The translations under genes and the position numbers were made by a program. From an uncultured Gammaproteobacteria bacterium (lineage in GTDB: Bacteria > Patescibacteriota > Microgenomatia > UBA8517), in NCBI GenBank assembly GCA_964608405.1, contig CAZSNC010000002.1, positions 8,155 through 70,112 on the forward strand: a stretch of 61,958 nt of DNA, written 5' to 3'. This document shows, one piece after another, positions 59,124 to 61,958 of the stretch (position 1 is its first letter; every line of letters starts with the position of its first letter). The notes under the pieces are model-generated. The model was not told the origin of the DNA, did no database searches, and worked only from the letters and a program-made list of their open reading frames with translations.

Positions 59124-60932
59124 TTATTTCAAATTTCTTTGTCTTCTGCGTTCTTCAAGTTCGTCCAGGATAATTTTTCTAATTCTTATGTTTTTTGGTG
59201 TTACCTCAACCAGTTCCGTATCGTCGATATATTCAAGGCTTTCTTCAAGACTCATTGTTTTTGGGGTATTGAAGTGTTCCATTACTCCTTCGCCTTTGGA
59301 TCGCATGTTTGACAGCTGTTTTTCCTTGCAGACGTTTATCCGCATATCGCCTGTCCTTGAGTTTCTTCCGACAACCTGCCCTTTATATACTTTTTCAGCC
59401 GGTCCATAAAATAACTGTCCACGGTCCTGTACGGCAACCAAGCCATAAAGTTTTGTTTCGCCGGTTTCGTAAGCAACAAGCGAACCCCACTCCCTACTTC
59501 TTTGAAATCCGTCATCGGGGAGATAATCATAAAATGAGCTGTTTATAATTCCCAACCCCTTTGTGTCGGTGATAAATTCGGATCTGTAACCGATTAACTC
59601 CTTCGTGGCAATTGTGAATTCAAGGTGTGTTGTGCCTTCGTTTGATTGCATGTTTGTCATTTTGGCGTGTCTTGCCCCCATTTTTTCAATAACAATACCG
59701 CTATATTCATCGGGGACCTCAATTTCCAAAAGTTCATACGGAGTCATTAACTTCTCATCAATGGTTTTATTAATCACATGAGGGCGGGATGCCTGAAATT
59801 CGTACCCTTCTCTTCTCATTCTTTCAATAAGAATTGCAAGATGTAGTTCTCCCCTTCCTGATACTGTCCATGTACCATCGGTATTATCCTCTACCCTAAG
59901 AGCCACATCGGTTTCGATTTCTTTGTAAAGTCGTGCCCTGATTTGACTTGAAGTTTTGAATTCACCCTCTTTTCCACCAAAAGGTGAATTATTAATAAGA
60001 AATATCATTTTTACCGTGGGTTCTTCGATATCCAAAAGGGGAAGAGCAACAGGATTAGTTGGGTCTGCTATAGTTTCACCTATTGTCACATCATTTATTC
60101 CGGAAACGGCAACAATATCTCCCGAGATTGCTTCATGGACATATTCTTTCTCCAAGCCTGTAAATGTTGCAATCGAAGTTACTCTACAAATTTTGACTTG
60201 ACCGTCCCTGTTTATATGTGCAACGTTTTGCCCATCAGTAATTTTACCGTTATAGATTTTTCCAATAGCGATTCTTCCTTTATAGTCGTCGCGTCCAAGT
60301 GTTGAAACACGCATCTGCAGAGCTTTGTCGGGATCTGCCTTGGGACTGGGTATATTTTTTAATATTTCCTCAAATACGGGTGTAATATCCTTCATTTCGG
60401 ATATATCGGGAGTATACCCTGCCATTCCGCTTCTTCCCGATGCGTAAAGGACGGGAAAATATGCTGTATCTTCGTCTGACCCAAGATCGATAAAAAGATC
60501 AAAAGTTTTATTAACGACATGTGACGGTCTTGCATCTTTCTTGTCGATCTTGTTTACAATAACAATAATCTTAAGACCCATTTTAAGAGCTTGTTTTAGA
60601 ACAAACCTGGTTTGAGGCATTGGACCTTCTTTTGCATCGACCAGTAGAAGCGCCCCGTCAGCCATCGAAAGAACACGCTCTACTTCTCCTCCGAAGTCGG
60701 CGTGACCAGGGGTATCGATAATATTTATTTTGGTATCTTTATAAACTACAGAGGCATTTTTCGAAAATATTGTAATACCCCTTTCCCTTTCAAGTTCATT
60801 CGAATCTAAGATTTGTTTTGTTTCAGCCAAATCTTTATTCAAATGGGTATGAGACTGGCGAAGCAGCGCATCCACAAGTGTGGTTTTTCCATGGTCTACA
60901 TGGGCAATAATTGCAACATTTTTAATATCCAT
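59124..60932 (-). CDS. typA: Translational GTPase TypA/BipA
   Basis: MDIKNVAIIAHVDHGKTTLVDALL, DTPGHADFGGEVER, NKIDK. ATG 60932 is preferred over the TTG 60944 of the ORF track. Confidence 0.95.
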   Translation of the reverse strand: MDIKNVAIIAHVDHGKTTLVDALLRQSHTHLNKDLAETKQILDSNELERERGITIFSKNASVVYKDTKINIIDTPGHADFGGEVERVLSMADGALLLVDAKEGPMPQTRFVLKQALKMGLKIIVIVNKIDKKDARPSHVVNKTFDLFIDLGSDEDTAYFPVLYASGRSGMAGYTPDISEMKDITPVFEEILKNIPSPKADPDKALQMRVSTLGRDDYKGRIAIGKIYNGKITDGQNVAHINRDGQVKICRVTSIATFTGLEKEYVHEAISGDIVAVSGINDVTIGETIADPTNPVALPLLDIEEPTVKMIFLINNSPFGGKEGEFKTSSQIRARLYKEIETDVALRVEDNTDGTWTVSGRGELHLAILIERMRREGYEFQASRPHVINKTIDEKLMTPYELLEIEVPDEYSGIVIEKMGARHAKMTNMQSNEGTTHLEFTIATKELIGYRSEFITDTKGLGIINSSFYDYLPDDGFQRSREWGSLVAYETGETKLYGLVAVQDRGQLFYGPAEKVYKGQVVGRNSRTGDMRINVCKEKQLSNMRSKGEGVMEHFNTPKTMSLEESLEYIDDTELVEVTPKNIRIRKIILDELEERRRQRNLK

Positions 60933-60941
60933 AGTTTTGGT

Positions 60942-60970
60942 CAAAAAATAAAGCCGAGCTAATCTCGGCT
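60942..60970 (-). terminator. Hairpin with U-run downstream of tRNA-Ala
   Basis: The minus strand reads AGCCGAG-ATTAG-CTCGGCT followed by TTATTTTTTG. It sits only about 10 nt before the typA start, so some read-through is implied. Confidence 0.5.
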
Positions 60971-61055
60971 CTTATATAATATTTTCCAGCTTTGTATTTT
61001 ACTCCATATACAGAGGATTCTCAATTAATTCCTGCAGGATATGGGAAGAATCGGG

Positions 61056-61126
61056 TGGACCTAGGGAGAATCGAACTCCCGTCCTGTGACTGCCAGCCAC
61101 ATGTCCTACCATTGAACGACAGGCCC
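61056..61126 (-). tRNA. tRNA-Ala (anticodon GGC)
   Basis: The reverse complement GGGCCTGTCGTTCAATGGTAGGACATGTGGCTGGCAGTCACAGGACGGGAGTTCGATTCTCCCTAGGTCCA folds as a cloverleaf. It has the G3:U70 identity pair, anticodon loop CUGGCAG and T-loop TTCGATT. Confidence 0.8.
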
Positions 61127-61143
61127 GTATTAATATTCGTATA

Positions 61144-61172
61144 ATTTTAACCGAATATTGGAAAAATGACAA
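61144..61172 (-). promoter_or_regulatory. Candidate promoter for tRNA-Ala
   Basis: The minus strand reads TTGTCA, a 17-nt spacer, then TAAAAT, ending 17 nt upstream of the tRNA 5' end. Confidence 0.5.
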
Positions 61173-61490
61173 TTTTTAAATAGTTATGTAAAATGATTGT
61201 CTGGCATATCAAATGAAAAGATTTAAGAACGTTGAAATATGGAAGCTTCTGAAATGGATACTTTTATATGAAATTATTTTAGTAATTCTTTTTAATTTAC
61301 TTAATTTAATTGTCGATCTTGAAACGGTGGTCGGCCTTTCGGGTATCGGCCGTTTAGCCATCGGCAACCAGCGCCCAGGTGCCAGCTCCACTGGTCCTCG
61401 CTCCCTCCGGCCCGTCGTGTCCTCAAACTTTAGCCCTCAGGCAATTATCCGGTCTCCCTCTGCTGCCCCCTTTGAGTTCTGCCTCTCCCT

Positions 61491-61567
61491 ATACTCGATA
61501 CTCCATACTCGATACTCTCGGCCTTCCTATCCTCGTGTCCTCGAGCCCTCAGGCCCTCGTGTCCTCG
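61491..61567 (+). repeat. Short direct repeats in a C/T-rich low-complexity tract
   Basis: ATACTCGATACTC occurs twice (61491-61503, 61505-61517) and CCTCGTGTCCTCG occurs twice (61531-61543, 61555-61567). Confidence 0.7.
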
Positions 61568-61633
61568 CTTATGCCCCCTCTTCCTTTCATCCTTCATCTT
61601 TCATCCCCCATCCTCCATCTTCTGCCTATCCCC

Positions 61634-61958
61634 ATGCGCCTTACCCTCCTCCCTTTAGCCCTCCTCGCCCTCTCCGCTTCCGCCGCCGACTACTTCCCGC
61701 CGTCCGACGCCCAAGGCGGCTGGCGCATCCCGAAGGATGCGAACGAGGCCCGCACCCTCGCGGGCGTCGACATGGATAAGCTCGAGCAGGCCTACCGGGC
61801 CGTCGAACGCTCCAACACCGAGAACGGCGGCCTGGTCGTGATCTCGAAAGGCTACCTGGTCTTCGAGAAGTATTTCGGCAAAGCCCACCGCAACGCCAAC
61901 CCGGACATGGCCTCCACGGGCAAAGGCTTCACGAGCATCGCCTGCGGCGTGATGCTGC
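61634..61958 (+). CDS. Secreted serine hydrolase (beta-lactamase/transpeptidase-like), N-terminal 108 codons; GC-rich and compositionally foreign
   Basis: Own translation gives MRLTLLPLALLALSASAADYFPPSDAQGGWRIPKDANEARTLAGVDMDKLEQAYRAVERSNTENGGLVVISKGYLVFEKYFGKAHRNANPDMASTGKGFTSIACGVML. It has a signal peptide and an S-x-x-K motif (STGK). The ORF is open to the window end. Confidence 0.7.
   Translation, partial: MRLTLLPLALLALSASAADYFPPSDAQGGWRIPKDANEARTLAGVDMDKLEQAYRAVERSNTENGGLVVISKGYLVFEKYFGKAHRNANPDMASTGKGFTSIACGVML

Noticed and set aside
61213-61779. 188-aa ORF in the track (MKRFKNVEIWKL...PPRPLRFRRRLLPAVRRPRRLA...)
   Set aside because: It spans the AT-rich/GC-rich junction. Its second half is a Pro/Ser/Arg-rich read-through of the polypyrimidine tract, in a different frame from the convincing signal-peptide/SxxK ORF that starts at 61634. 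It is a composition artefact.

Overview
A ~62-kb AT-rich, densely coding chromosomal segment. It appears to come from a reduced-genome, monoderm bacterium; the domain-trimmed aaRS and HolB, a secretin-less type IV pilus locus and an H+-PPase fit Patescibacteria/CPR, but the taxon is inference. Housekeeping content: hisS (partial), dnaB, gyrA, gyrB, holB-like, recG, a xerC/D-like recombinase, tyrS, typA, the conserved block thrS-infC-rpmI-rplT-[GNAT]-pheS-pheT, rpsP, rpmF (below the ORF-track cutoff), rnc, nusB, yebC, a PBP1A, a membrane pyrophosphatase, and two tRNAs (Leu-CAA, Ala-GGC). A 14-kb self-contained type IV pilus locus (29977-43974) holds pilB-pilT-pilC, three tandem major-pilin paralogs, pilD, eight more pilin-like genes and pilM-N-O, with no secretin. 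Most unusual observations: (1) a promoter-led, translationally coupled six-gene operon (4271-10847) encoding a Gfo/Idh/MocA dehydrogenase, an IorA-like ThDP enzyme without ferredoxin domain, a Tmk-like P-loop protein, an SHMT-fold PLP enzyme, a kinase-GNAT fusion and a Nudix hydrolase. I cannot assign it to a known pathway; it looks like a modified nucleoside/nucleotide system. (2) A 0.9-kb ORF-free region (17934-18836) with two perfect DnaA boxes, short direct repeats, an AT-rich tract and terminator-like hairpins. (3) A pilin carrying a Pro/Thr linker and an 8-Cys C-terminal module. (4) An abrupt switch at ~61.32 kb from AT-rich to very GC-rich sequence encoding a signal-peptide serine hydrolase, which most likely marks a chimeric assembly join or very recent foreign DNA. 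No CRISPR array, rRNA or transposase was seen.
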